Shown here piece by piece: positions 36,992-46,671 of a DNA stretch of 64,000 nucleotides (position 1 is its first letter; each line of letters starts with the position of its first letter). Under the pieces are notes generated by a model. The model was not told the origin of the DNA. It made no database searches and saw nothing but the letters and a program-made list of their open reading frames with translations. The stretch spans positions 79,136 to 143,135 of IMG/VR virus record IMGVR_UViG_2595698618_000001; one strand, 5' to 3'. The DNA comes from a virus. Taxonomy: Duplodnaviria; Heunggongvirae; Uroviricota; Caudoviricetes. The position numbers and the translations under genes were made by a program.

Positions 36992-37762
36992 ATGAGCAAG
37001 GAAGTAGACCAAATGCTGTCGAACCTCAAGGCAATCAAGAACGGGGACGACCCCCGAGAATCGAAGGAGGAAGAAGCGGCAGTCCAGCAAGCAACGAGCG
37101 AGCCTGTCCCCGCATCGTCACAGCAAGATGATGCACTCGCTGTTGCGGAGAAGGAAGTGGACCGACTCTACGACGAGTACCCCGAGTTGGCAGACCACCT
37201 CCCCCGCTCGAATCTTCATATGGGCGTGGCTCGATGGGATGGACGCAATGGCTACTGCAAGTATAACACTCGCTTCGGTGGCAAGCGCCGGTTCAACAAG
37301 CGGGTGACGCAGACGAAGCATCGGAGCGGGCATCACATCAATGTCATCAACGAGAAGATTTTCGAGCAGGGCAACGTCGAAGACTTCCTCGATACGGTGC
37401 GCCACGAGGTAGCCCACGCCGTCGTTTACGAGATGCACGGCTCCTCGCAGAAGCACAACCACAACTGGAAGGCACTCGCCGCAAAGTTGGGTGCAGACCC
37501 GTCCTCGTGTCACTCCAAGCGGGACCGAAGCGACGAGTATAACTACTATATCGGATGCCCCAACTGTGGCTACAAGGGTGGCAAGACGAAGCGCAGTAAG
37601 GTCATCAAGCAACCGTTCAATCGGATGTGTGGCCGCTGTGGTGAGACGGGAATGGTGTCGTTTGATGCAGGCGATGAAATGCCTGACGAGAACGGTGTCG
37701 TCGCAGTCGAGTCAATCCCGTGGGATAACAAGGACGAGTGGTACGACGCAGGAATGCCGTAA
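36992..37762 (+). CDS. SprT-like zinc metalloprotease with C-terminal zinc ribbon
   Basis: HEVAHAVVYEMH (HExxH) + CPNCGY...CGRCG. Confidence 0.55.
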   Translation: MSKEVDQMLSNLKAIKNGDDPRESKEEEAAVQQATSEPVPASSQQDDALAVAEKEVDRLYDEYPELADHLPRSNLHMGVARWDGRNGYCKYNTRFGGKRRFNKRVTQTKHRSGHHINVINEKIFEQGNVEDFLDTVRHEVAHAVVYEMHGSSQKHNHNWKALAAKLGADPSSCHSKRDRSDEYNYYIGCPNCGYKGGKTKRSKVIKQPFNRMCGRCGETGMVSFDAGDEMPDENGVVAVESIPWDNKDEWYDAGMP

Positions 37763-37794
37763 CACTTAAGGTAGTGGCTCCCCTCTCTTTGGGT

Positions 37795-39075
37795 ATGGAA
37801 CATACGCTACCAGAACTACCATCCGAGTTTGACGGACTCCCAACGTTTGTCGTTGGTGGATGGGTTCGTGACGCCTTCCGAGAGGGAGTCGAGCCTTCGG
37901 ACGTTGACTTGATGGTTACGGAAGTTACGCCAGAAGAAATGCGTGAGCGTGGCTTCACGGAGATTGATAACTCCGGCAACGACACATTCGCCGTCTTCCT
38001 CGATAGCCTCGGCAGAGAGGTTGCGATAGCAAGAGAGGAAGTCTCCACGGGAGAAGGGCACACGGATTTCACGGTCGAGCCAGTCCCGGCAAACGTTCGC
38101 GCTCTTGAAGCAGTCGAGCGTGACCTTTTGCGTAGGGATTTCACGGTTAACAGTATGGCGGTTGACGCTCGCAGAGGAATCCTCCACGACCCTCACGGTG
38201 GACGCCAAGCCTTAGAAGACGGCACGCTCCGTCACGTCAACGAGTCCGGCTTCATCGAAGACCCGCTACGCATCCTTCGAGGGGCACGGTTCGCCGCACG
38301 ACTCGGCGCAGAAGTCGCAGACGAGACGAAGATACTAATGGCAGAAATGTCACCACGCCTCCAAGACCTGCCCGGTGAGCGAATCCGTATGGAATTGGAG
38401 AAGAACTTCAAGCAAGCGAAGAATCCACGCATATTCTTCGACGTTCTTGAAGAAGTCTTCGCACTCGAATGGGCATTCCCCGAGTTGATGGCACTCAAGC
38501 ACGTTCCGGCAGGACCACCCGAGTTCCACAATGAAGGCTCCGCCTTTGAACACACGATGCTCGTCCTCGAAGAAATGTTCGAGTTACGCGGAAACGACGA
38601 GTTGGGTCTGCTGATGGCCTTAGCCCACGACTTAGGCAAGGTCGAGACGCCCGAAGACGAGTTACCAAGCCACCGTGGTCACGGTAACAGAGACGCTCCC
38701 CTATGGAGAATGAGCGATAGGCTTAAGTTCAGCAACCGCCAAGAGCGTGCAATGAGTGAAGCAATGCACCACCATATGCGCCTCAAGCACATCGAGGATA
38801 TGAACGAGAAGACGCTATTCGACACGTTCACGCACGTTCACAATCCAGATAGGCTGGTTGACTTGATGATAGCCGACGCTCGTGGGAGGGACCCGCAAGG
38901 AGACTTCCCTGCCGAGACGCTCAGGGACGCATTCGAGCGAGCCGAGCAAGCCTGCGAGAACGTCACGGGCCAAACGCTAATCAACGCCGGAAAACAGCCC
39001 GACGAGATAGGCGGCGAGAAGTTCGGCAAGTTGCTCAGAGACGCACGCATCAGCGAGATGAAAAGGCTTAAGTAA
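37795..39075 (+). CDS. class-II nucleotidyltransferase (CCA-adding / poly(A)-polymerase head) fused to HD phosphohydrolase domain
   Basis: GGWVRD...DVDLMV polβ head; HD...LAHDLGK; domain order as in bacterial CCA enzymes. Confidence 0.7.
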   Translation: MEHTLPELPSEFDGLPTFVVGGWVRDAFREGVEPSDVDLMVTEVTPEEMRERGFTEIDNSGNDTFAVFLDSLGREVAIAREEVSTGEGHTDFTVEPVPANVRALEAVERDLLRRDFTVNSMAVDARRGILHDPHGGRQALEDGTLRHVNESGFIEDPLRILRGARFAARLGAEVADETKILMAEMSPRLQDLPGERIRMELEKNFKQAKNPRIFFDVLEEVFALEWAFPELMALKHVPAGPPEFHNEGSAFEHTMLVLEEMFELRGNDELGLLMALAHDLGKVETPEDELPSHRGHGNRDAPLWRMSDRLKFSNRQERAMSEAMHHHMRLKHIEDMNEKTLFDTFTHVHNPDRLVDLMIADARGRDPQGDFPAETLRDAFERAEQACENVTGQTLINAGKQPDEIGGEKFGKLLRDARISEMKRLK

Positions 39076-39096
39076 TCTCCTCCCCTCTGTTCAAGT

Positions 39097-39330
39097 ATGA
39101 ATCCAGCAAAGTTCCTCAAAGACTTCGAGGCAGACACGGATAGAGATAGACTCGTCAACCTCGTGTACGACGAGATGGTAGCCTACTGCCGCAAGGCAAA
39201 TATCTCGATAGATGATATATCCAACGACGAATTGGAACAACTCGCAGAAGCCTTTGTAGACAGAGGCTTCAGTCGCACGAGTGAGGAAGCACGGAAAGCA
39301 GACGAAAGGTTTAAGGTAGATAGCAACTAA
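39097..39330 (+). CDS. hypothetical protein
   Basis: ORF-track ORF. Confidence 0.5.
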   Translation: MNPAKFLKDFEADTDRDRLVNLVYDEMVAYCRKANISIDDISNDELEQLAEAFVDRGFSRTSEEARKADERFKVDSN

Positions 39331-39339
39331 TACGTAAGT

Positions 39340-39966
39340 ATGAGTCAAGAAGAATACCCCAGTTGGCGGAAGGCATTGTTCGGTCAGGACACCGTAGCAA
39401 ACATTCGATGTGCTGTCAAGTACGCGGTTTGGCACACCGGATACCTGCTACTCACCCTCGTCGGCCTACTCCTACTCGGAGTGGCTTACGTGGTCAAGGG
39501 CATCGGTCGCCTCATTCCCGGTGACGCAATCGGACGAGGCGCAGGGCGGCTCGCTGACGCAATCTTTCGCCCCATCGAGATTGCCGTGGATAAGTATCAG
39601 AACAGTAGCACGGCAAAGCGACTCGCAGAATACGGGGCGATGCTGGTCCTCGGACTCGCATTCCTCGCCGCAGTTGGCCTAATCGTGTGGCACATCTGGA
39701 TGTACCCGATGGTCGCACTCCAAGTCGCAGGCTTCATCGTCGGCCTCGCAGTAGTCGCCTTCGTCACCCTGTACGTCATCGGCTACATTCGAGAGGAAAC
39801 CAACGCTGGCGAGAACGTCAGTCGCGGCATTCAGGGAGCCAAGGAACGAGCCGTCGATACTCCCGGTGTGCGACGAATTTACGGGGAATGTCCTGTAGCG
39901 TTTGAAATCGAGCCTCGGTGGTTCGAGGCGATTGACGAGCGAATGGAGAAACTGATGAACGAGTAA
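39340..39966 (+). CDS. membrane protein (4 TM)
   Basis: Hydrophobic segments. Confidence 0.5.
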   Translation: MSQEEYPSWRKALFGQDTVANIRCAVKYAVWHTGYLLLTLVGLLLLGVAYVVKGIGRLIPGDAIGRGAGRLADAIFRPIEIAVDKYQNSSTAKRLAEYGAMLVLGLAFLAAVGLIVWHIWMYPMVALQVAGFIVGLAVVAFVTLYVIGYIREETNAGENVSRGIQGAKERAVDTPGVRRIYGECPVAFEIEPRWFEAIDERMEKLMNE

Positions 39967-40009
39967 GCAAACCGAAAGACTTAAGTAGTAGTAAACCGTT
40001 GTATACAGT

Positions 40010-40156
40010 ATGGCAAGAGACAATCTTGTGAGACTGTCAGATAGAGAGAAGAAATTACTCGAAGAAGTGAGGGATACGGAGTATGGAAGCGATAGCGTGC
40101 CTCTCGGTGAAGCCCTCGAAGTTGCGTGCGAGCAGTACCTCGAAAATGTCGAGTGA
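40010..40156 (+). CDS. small 'MARD' protein (48 aa), paralog of 20287..20418
   Basis: MARDNLVRLSDREKKLLEEVRDTEYGSDSVPLG; overlaps start of HNH gene. Confidence 0.45.
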   Translation: MARDNLVRLSDREKKLLEEVRDTEYGSDSVPLGEALEVACEQYLENVE

Positions 40157-40727
40157 TTGTCCATCGTGTGACAGGTCATTCGGTTCACAGAAAGGTATGA
40201 AGATTCACCACGCAAAAGCGCACGGTGAAAAGATTACCGAGAGCCACATCTGTCAAGAATGTGACGAACCATTCGAGCAAGAGTCATATATTCAATCTGA
40301 TAAGAAGTATTGCTCTCCCGAATGCGTCTACGAGGCTCGAAAAGATAGACTCACCACCGAGTGCGCTAACTGTGGGGAACCTGTCACGAAGAAACGCCAA
40401 CGCATCGAGCGAGTCGATACCGTCTACTGCGACGAGGATTGCTGGCGTGAGGCATTGCCAGACCCTTCATTCAGAGACAGCCAAGCCGCAAAGAACTTTC
40501 GAGAATCAGTTTTCGAGCGAGATGATTACATCTGTCAGGATTGTGACGAGCAAGGCGTAACGCTTAATGCACATCACATCGAACGAGTATCCGAGAATGA
40601 ACAACGAGCCTACGATACGGATAATGGTGTCACGCTGTGTGTGTCCTGTCACATCGAGCGGCACGAGTCTGCTGGTGAGAATAACGCGGCACGACTACTG
40701 CGGAGCAAGTACGAAACGCTTAAGTAG
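40146..40727 (+). CDS. HNH endonuclease with N-terminal C2H2-like and zinc-ribbon modules
   Basis: CPSCDRSF...HHAKAH; CQDCDEQG...NAHHIE...CVSCHIERH. Confidence 0.65.
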   Translation: MSSDCPSCDRSFGSQKGMKIHHAKAHGEKITESHICQECDEPFEQESYIQSDKKYCSPECVYEARKDRLTTECANCGEPVTKKRQRIERVDTVYCDEDCWREALPDPSFRDSQAAKNFRESVFERDDYICQDCDEQGVTLNAHHIERVSENEQRAYDTDNGVTLCVSCHIERHESAGENNAARLLRSKYETLK

Positions 40728-40748
40728 ATAGACCCCCTCTTTTCGAGT

Positions 40749-41321
40749 ATGATTACACACGCTTACAACATCCTACGCTCGTGGGTTACAACGAGCCGAA
40801 GAACGGAAATTCACGGAGTCACCGTCACCTACTCCGGTACACGAGAAACGTACTGGAACGAGTGGCAAGACGTACTCAACGAATGGCTCCCACGCTTCGA
40901 GGAAGCAGGATGGCTTCGCAAACTCAACGCTATCCACATCGACCGTGCCCGATTTATGGGAGACGGGACGGGTGAGTACCAATGGTTATTTAAAACCATC
41001 TGCCTCGACCCCAACCCACGAATGAGTCGAGGATACAATATGTCAACGAAGCGAGAACACATCCTCATTCACGAGATGGCACACCACGCACACAACCTCG
41101 AAGTAGGAGCATTCCCAAGCCACAAGAGCGAAGTAGTCTTCAACCGACACAAACGAATGTTCGAGCAACACGTCTCGGAATACGCAGGCACGGACTTCTA
41201 CGAGGCTGTTGCAGAAACGGCTACCGGAAGTGTCATCGGCCACGAATATCCAGACGAGTTGATGAACGCATACTGGAAGTTGGGCGGGCCAAAAGAGTTA
41301 AGTGCCTTGCGAGAGAAGTAG
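40749..41321 (+). CDS. putative zinc metallopeptidase-like protein (HExxH)
   Basis: ILIHEMAHHAH. Confidence 0.4.
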   Translation: MITHAYNILRSWVTTSRRTEIHGVTVTYSGTRETYWNEWQDVLNEWLPRFEEAGWLRKLNAIHIDRARFMGDGTGEYQWLFKTICLDPNPRMSRGYNMSTKREHILIHEMAHHAHNLEVGAFPSHKSEVVFNRHKRMFEQHVSEYAGTDFYEAVAETATGSVIGHEYPDELMNAYWKLGGPKELSALREK

Positions 41322-41325
41322 AAGT

Positions 41326-41478
41326 ATGCCCTGCCGAGAATGCGGCGAATCCGCAAAGAAGAAGCACGGTGGCATCTGCGTAGGATTATCCTACGACGAC
41401 GATGGCACAGCACGATACTGGTGTCTCGATTGCACCATTGAAGAATTAGAAGAATCCATAGAGGAAGACAATGCATAG
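41326..41478 (+). CDS. zinc-ribbon mini-protein (50 aa)
   Basis: CRECG...CLDC. Confidence 0.4.
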   Translation: MPCRECGESAKKKHGGICVGLSYDDDGTARYWCLDCTIEELEESIEEDNA

Positions 41479-41887
41479 AATGGAAGTCGTCCGAATGCTC
41501 GAACGCTATCAGAAATACCTCAAAGCAGACGGACGCTCAGGCAAAGCACAAGCAGTAGGACGAGCGGCACAATCAATCCGAGAAGCAGACTCAATCCCAC
41601 CCAATCCCGCAGAACTCGACGGAGTGGGACCAGCACTACGCGACGTAATTTCGGATTATCAAATCCGTGGAAGAAACGACGAACTCGAACGACTCAAACG
41701 AGAATACCCATATCTGGAAAACCTCACTCGCGTAAACGGCATCGGACCAGAAATGGCAAAACGAATCCACGAAGAATGCAACGTTTCAAAAGTTTCAGAA
41801 CTAATTGACGCCGATTTGGAAAGCGTCTACGGCATCGGAGATAAAACCGCAAACAAGATTCGAGGAAGCGCAAGACGACAGACTTAA
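41471..41887 (+). CDS. tandem helix-hairpin-helix DNA-binding protein
   Basis: LDGVGPALRD, VNGIGPEMAKRI, VYGIGDKTANKI HhH repeats. Confidence 0.55.
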   Translation: MHRMEVVRMLERYQKYLKADGRSGKAQAVGRAAQSIREADSIPPNPAELDGVGPALRDVISDYQIRGRNDELERLKREYPYLENLTRVNGIGPEMAKRIHEECNVSKVSELIDADLESVYGIGDKTANKIRGSARRQT

Positions 41888-41911
41888 GTAGATACCCGAG
41901 AAAGTAGAAGT

Positions 41912-42130
41912 ATGCCACGACAGACTGAACTTCACCACGACGTTGAGGGCAACGGAGTCCTCGGAGTCCACGTCAAACTCGACCGAACGAGTATGCCCTA
42001 CACAGTAGCCACGTTCGACGGAAACGAACGGCTATCCTCGTGGAAGGCGGCGTTGCAGAAGGACGACGAGATACTATTCGCCCAAGGCGTCCTCGCTGGC
42101 AAAACCGGAGAACAGGAGAGCAATTGGTAA
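41912..42130 (+). CDS. hypothetical protein
   Basis: ORF-track ORF. Confidence 0.5.
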   Translation: MPRQTELHHDVEGNGVLGVHVKLDRTSMPYTVATFDGNERLSSWKAALQKDDEILFAQGVLAGKTGEQESNW

Positions 42131-42364
42131 ATGAGCCACAACGTACCAGAAGACAAAATCATCGCACGCAAAGAAGGCCACATTAACGGACGAAAGGTAG
42201 AACACCTAATCGTAGACGTTCCCGGCCTTTCATTCAAAAGCCTCGTCTGCATCGAACAAGACGACGGGACAATGGGCGCACCAGTCTCCGCAGACAACGG
42301 AGCAATCGCCCTACTCAAACCCTCGATGCTAATGGGAGAGTACCGCCTCGGTCGAAACCTATAA
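42131..42364 (+). CDS. hypothetical protein
   Basis: ORF-track ORF. Confidence 0.5.
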   Translation: MSHNVPEDKIIARKEGHINGRKVEHLIVDVPGLSFKSLVCIEQDDGTMGAPVSADNGAIALLKPSMLMGEYRLGRNL

Positions 42365-42389
42365 ATACATACACCCCCTACTAAGAGAT

Positions 42390-42653
42390 ATGACGCAAGT
42401 TACAATCGCAGTCCCCACGTTCACCGGAGTCCACGAACAGTTCACCGTCGAGGTTGACACCACATACCCTGACGGGACAGACCTCCCCGACGAAGTGACC
42501 GCACTCGTTGGAGGCCGACCCGACAACTGGAACGACGAGATTCTCGGATTCATCGTCGGAGGCGGCGGCTCGTCAGCCCGAAGCGCAGACGAAATGCCCT
42601 ACCTCGCAGACGACATTCGAGCAAAACTCGCAATCCGAAGTATCACGGGATAA
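42390..42653 (+). CDS. hypothetical protein
   Basis: ORF-track ORF. Confidence 0.5.
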   Translation: MTQVTIAVPTFTGVHEQFTVEVDTTYPDGTDLPDEVTALVGGRPDNWNDEILGFIVGGGGSSARSADEMPYLADDIRAKLAIRSITG

Positions 42654-42720
42654 TGCTTTGGATACTCGGAGGCTTCATCGCATACGCCATCGTAACACTT
42701 ATACTACTACGACTGGAAGT

Positions 42721-42918
42721 ATGAGTATGAACTTCGAGATATTCCAAAGCACCACCGAACGCGAACCACGAGCAGGCAACCCACGAGTCCCTGCCTACGT
42801 GACCTACGTAGAGATTACAGCAAGCGGTCGGCATCTCGGCGTAGACAGCGTGATAGACTCGGACGAGGTGTGGAGTCGCGTGACAAACGAATACGGAGAA
42901 ACGGTGTTAATCGAATGA
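42721..42918 (+). CDS. hypothetical protein
   Basis: agtATG inner start of track ORF. Confidence 0.4.
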   Translation: MSMNFEIFQSTTEREPRAGNPRVPAYVTYVEITASGRHLGVDSVIDSDEVWSRVTNEYGETVLIE

Positions 42919-43139
42919 GTGAAACAATCGAAATTAAAGAACATCATATGGAAGGCAAAGTCGTGTACGAAGCGGCCATCCCCGGCTACGGAGACGTGAC
43001 AAGCCCGTGTATCGACCTACCAACCAGCCATATGACAGGAGTATGGATGGAGGCGGGACTCACACGAATGGAGTTTCCATCGAATGCCGAGTTTCACGTC
43101 GAAGAATCTGAGAACATAGTTCGGGTGTCCACCAAATGA
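42915..43139 (+). CDS. hypothetical protein
   Basis: ATGA-coupled inner start. Confidence 0.4.
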   Translation: MSETIEIKEHHMEGKVVYEAAIPGYGDVTSPCIDLPTSHMTGVWMEAGLTRMEFPSNAEFHVEESENIVRVSTK

Positions 43140-43173
43140 AAAGGTTTATACCCCATCCCCTCCAAATAGAAGT

Positions 43174-43416
43174 ATGGAACGAAAGACAATCACAGTAATC
43201 GCGCTCGTCCTCCTCGCAGGACTGGCTGGCTGTGTCGGTGGAGCAGAACAGGCTGACGCAAATAACGGAGACACGGAACTCACCTCGGGCGAAGAATACG
43301 ATACCCACACGTATCAGGCCGCAGGCACGGATAAGGTCTGGACCTGCATCGAGTGGGAAGACTACAACGGTCACAAGATGGAATGCGAACTTGTCAACTC
43401 GACGGAGGAATACTAA
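43174..43416 (+). CDS. lipoprotein (lipobox LAGC)
   Basis: Signal peptide + LAGCVGG. Confidence 0.55.
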   Translation: MERKTITVIALVLLAGLAGCVGGAEQADANNGDTELTSGEEYDTHTYQAAGTDKVWTCIEWEDYNGHKMECELVNSTEEY

Positions 43417-43685
43417 TGCGGAAAGTGTTCGCAATCTGTCTCGTCGCAGGGATGCTCCTGCTCGCAGGCTGTACGGGAGGCGGAAGCACACCTGAACCAA
43501 GCGACAGTTCGGACGTTACGGATAGCGGGTCAATCGTCTACGACGGCGTTCAAACGAGCAACGACGTTGTACGATTCGTGGACCACGAGGCAGGAGTCGT
43601 CTGCTACTACTTCGCGCACCCTGACGGGTATGCCGGACAGGGTGGCATCTCCTGCGTTCCCCTAAACCAGACCAACCTCGAATAA
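43416..43685 (+). CDS. lipoprotein (lipobox LAGC)
   Basis: MRKVFAICLVAGMLLLAGCTGG; TAATG junction. Confidence 0.55.
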   Translation: MRKVFAICLVAGMLLLAGCTGGGSTPEPSDSSDVTDSGSIVYDGVQTSNDVVRFVDHEAGVVCYYFAHPDGYAGQGGISCVPLNQTNLE

Positions 43686-43719
43686 ACAGACTTAAGTAGA
43701 TACACGAGAATACATAGAT

Positions 43720-43956
43720 ATGGAACTTGCAAAGACAATCGTTGGACTCGCGGTGCTGGTAGTAGCACTCGCCCTGTACGCAATCAGCGGGGCTGTATCA
43801 TTCGGAGTAGGAGCGGCTGTCATCGCGGCGGCCATCTACTTCCTCGGAATCGTAGGAATCGGCACAGCCAAGGCCGTCTTCCTCGCAATCCTCGCAGTCG
43901 GCGCAGTCCTCGGCGTAATCATCGGCATCCTACAAGCCGTCATCCTCACCAACTAA
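43720..43956 (+). CDS. membrane protein (Ala/Gly-rich TM)
   Basis: Hydrophobic. Confidence 0.5.
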   Translation: MELAKTIVGLAVLVVALALYAISGAVSFGVGAAVIAAAIYFLGIVGIGTAKAVFLAILAVGAVLGVIIGILQAVILTN

Positions 43957-44195
43957 TGCCAGAAATAACCTTCGGGCCAAGCGCAACCGAAACAATACTC
44001 GAAGTCTTCAACTGGCACGTCGATTCAGACGGATACGTGCGTGACGAAAACGGCGAGTACGCACCCGTCAAGGGAGACTCAAAGCGCGTCACCAAAGAAC
44101 ACGTCGGCGGCATCGTAAAAGGCGACGACGGAGAACCCGTAATACTCCGCGACAACTTTTGCGATATAGTCGATTACGTCGAAGACGAACGATAG
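43956..44195 (+). CDS. hypothetical protein
   Basis: ORF-track ORF. Confidence 0.5.
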   Translation: MPEITFGPSATETILEVFNWHVDSDGYVRDENGEYAPVKGDSKRVTKEHVGGIVKGDDGEPVILRDNFCDIVDYVEDER

Positions 44196-44225
44196 ACTTA
44201 AGTAGATACCCAAGTAAGTAAGAGT

Positions 44226-44690
44226 ATGGACGTAAACACTCGAACGCAGAACGAAGCCCGCCGCATCATCGAGGTAAACGACGTAGAGTTCTACGTTGAA
44301 AACCTCGTTCAACCCCTCGGCTGGCTACGCCACGGCTCAATCAAGGACGACCTCGTTGACACGAGCGTACTCCGTCGAATGAAAGAAGCCGGACTCGTCA
44401 GATACGACGACGGCACTCGAATGATGAGCCAAGACACCGGCCCGGCAAAATGGCACGACGTAGACGGCCAATGCCGAGAACTGTTCGATGAATTAAACGA
44501 ACCATACTGCCGCCTTCGACCAAAGGTAGAAACAGTCGGCCAAAACAAGTTCGGAATGTTTGACGAGAACGAAGACCCACAAGCACGACGAAAAGCAGAA
44601 CAAGTCCTCGCCAAACTCGAAGAACGCAACCCCGACGTAAAATTCAAATTAGACGAAGAAGAACTAAACGCAATCCCCATCCGAGAATAA
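44226..44690 (+). CDS. hypothetical protein
   Basis: ORF-track ORF. Confidence 0.5.
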   Translation: MDVNTRTQNEARRIIEVNDVEFYVENLVQPLGWLRHGSIKDDLVDTSVLRRMKEAGLVRYDDGTRMMSQDTGPAKWHDVDGQCRELFDELNEPYCRLRPKVETVGQNKFGMFDENEDPQARRKAEQVLAKLEERNPDVKFKLDEEELNAIPIRE

Positions 44691-44728
44691 ATCGACAGAC
44701 TTAAGTAGATACCCGAGAAAGTAAGAGT

Positions 44729-45127
44729 ATGGCACGAATCGAAGAAGACACGACCCACGAAGTGTATCTAACCGACGAGGAAATGCACCGAATCAACGAA
44801 GGCGGCGTAGCCGTCTTCGAGATTAACGGAGACGAAGTTAGAGTCGGCGCAGAACCGGAATACTTTGAAGAACCAGACTACCCCGTACCCAACGATGGAA
44901 TGCACGTCTTCGACCCCGAAGCCCCACGTTGGTCAAGCGGCGAGATGGAGGTTATCGAAGTGACCGACGTTCCAGCAGACGAATACGAAATTACGGTTAA
45001 GGGACGTGACACGACAGTATTCCGAGAGAATCCATCCTGCGACCCCGATGCTCCGGTCGTGCGAGCGCGGTACGTCGCTGGTTCCGACCGCATATACGCA
45101 TTCCCGTGCGACAGGCTCGATTATTAA
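44729..45127 (+). CDS. hypothetical protein
   Basis: ORF-track ORF. Confidence 0.5.
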   Translation: MARIEEDTTHEVYLTDEEMHRINEGGVAVFEINGDEVRVGAEPEYFEEPDYPVPNDGMHVFDPEAPRWSSGEMEVIEVTDVPADEYEITVKGRDTTVFRENPSCDPDAPVVRARYVAGSDRIYAFPCDRLDY

Positions 45128-45206
45128 CCAAAGTCTGTCAATTATTAAGACCTTCGCACAACACTCGAATAGACAGACTTAAGTGATAGTGCGATAAAGA
45201 CTAAGT

Positions 45207-45368
45207 ATGCACAAATGCGAAGAATGCGGGCGTCGAATTAGCCCGATGCAAGCCAACGACTCGTACAACGCGACGTACACAATTGGCGACGAGGGACGCT
45301 ACCTCTGCCGAAAGCATTTAGACCAGCACCGCCGGAACGAGTGGAACGAGGAAAGCCGATGGGTTTAA
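45207..45368 (+). CDS. zinc-ribbon mini-protein (53 aa)
   Basis: CEECGRR...CRKH. Confidence 0.4.
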   Translation: MHKCEECGRRISPMQANDSYNATYTIGDEGRYLCRKHLDQHRRNEWNEESRWV

Positions 45369-45392
45369 GTAGATACGGAGACAAGTAGAAGT

Positions 45393-45569
45393 ATGTACGT
45401 TACAGTCAAGATGCCGGACGGAGAAGCGCAGAACTTCAACCACGTCTCGTCCTTCTTCGATAGGGGCGACGTGCTTGAGTTGAACTTCCACGGACCTGAC
45501 GGCGAGGAATACGGCGAGCAGGACATTCCCGGTGGCGTGGTCTACTACGCCGAGGCGGAGGACCGCTAA
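45393..45569 (+). CDS. hypothetical mini-protein (58 aa)
   Basis: Hand-found; promoter upstream. Confidence 0.4.
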   Translation: MYVTVKMPDGEAQNFNHVSSFFDRGDVLELNFHGPDGEEYGEQDIPGGVVYYAEAEDR

Positions 45570-45850
45570 TGCGAGAACGCCTGACGGCAGACGAGGTTCG
45601 CAACGTCGAGGAAGGTGAGCATTTGGTCGTCCACCTCCACGAAGACGAATACTGGATGATGGGCGAAGGGAAAGTGCAGTACGTCTCGAAAGAGCAGAAC
45701 GGCGATACACGAATTAGCCTGCGTAGCCTGACTGGACACTCGTGTACGCTCAAAGTCCCAAGTGACGCCCGCGCTGGATTGAGGTTCGACGGTGCGGCTC
45801 GCGGTAGTCGAAACCTCCGAGTCAAGAGAGTCGAGTCGAAAGGGTTATAA
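45569..45850 (+). CDS. hypothetical protein
   Basis: TAATG-coupled. Confidence 0.5.
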   Translation: MRERLTADEVRNVEEGEHLVVHLHEDEYWMMGEGKVQYVSKEQNGDTRISLRSLTGHSCTLKVPSDARAGLRFDGAARGSRNLRVKRVESKGL

Positions 45851-45872
45851 GGATAGCCGCCCTACTAAGAGT

Positions 45873-46070
45873 ATGAAGGGAGAAGACTTCGACGCGATAA
45901 TCGCACGGCTCAACGAACTACAGGAGGAAGCGATTGAAGAACGCGAAGAACACGAGGGACCGAACGGCGAACCCACGTCCAAAGGAATGTATTTCCTCGG
46001 CAAAGACGTGGGCATCGCTCGGGCGAAAGCAGTCCTGCGAGAACGCATCGACGTAGAACGACAGCCTTAA
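45873..46070 (+). CDS. hypothetical protein
   Basis: agtATG. Confidence 0.45.
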   Translation: MKGEDFDAIIARLNELQEEAIEEREEHEGPNGEPTSKGMYFLGKDVGIARAKAVLRERIDVERQP

Positions 46071-46094
46071 GTAACCATAACACCTACTAAGAGT

Positions 46095-46247
46095 ATGAAG
46101 GACGCAACCCTCGAACTACACGGCGGCTTCGCTGGCGCAAAACTCGTGCTGACTAATCCCGAGACGGGCGAGGGAACGGTAGTCAACGTAAGCCCGAGCG
46201 TCACGCGAGAAATTGAGAGCATCTTTGAATTTGATGCACCCGAGTAA
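46095..46247 (+). CDS. hypothetical mini-protein (50 aa)
   Basis: Hand-found; promoter. Confidence 0.4.
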   Translation: MKDATLELHGGFAGAKLVLTNPETGEGTVVNVSPSVTREIESIFEFDAPE

Positions 46248-46309
46248 TACTCGCTCGTGGGAGGCCACGGGATGAACAGACTTAAGTAATACCACGATAA
46301 AGACTAAGT

Positions 46310-46519
46310 ATGAACGTAGACGCAATAGAACACCACCTCAACGAGAACGACTACACATACAACCTAAGCGAAGACGGCTTCGACATACTCGACCCTCACC
46401 TGACAAGCGATACCCTACTCGAAGTCGGGGCCTGCGACGGCACGGTACTCCACCGAGCAATCGGCTTCCGAATCGTGGATAAGGAGTATGCCGAGACTCT
46501 GACAAGTGGTGAAACCTAA
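46310..46519 (+). CDS. hypothetical protein
   Basis: ORF-track ORF. Confidence 0.5.
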   Translation: MNVDAIEHHLNENDYTYNLSEDGFDILDPHLTSDTLLEVGACDGTVLHRAIGFRIVDKEYAETLTSGET

Positions 46520-46671
46520 TCCGACAATAGGAGGTTTGAGGCTTACGAAATGGTTAAAACATCGAGTTTTCACCCATTATATAAGTCTTACGGTAAATAT
46601 AGAATTAGGCCCTTGCACCTCTCAGGACCCTGACAAACGAAAGGCTTAAGCCTGAATGAAGGTGTTTAGAA

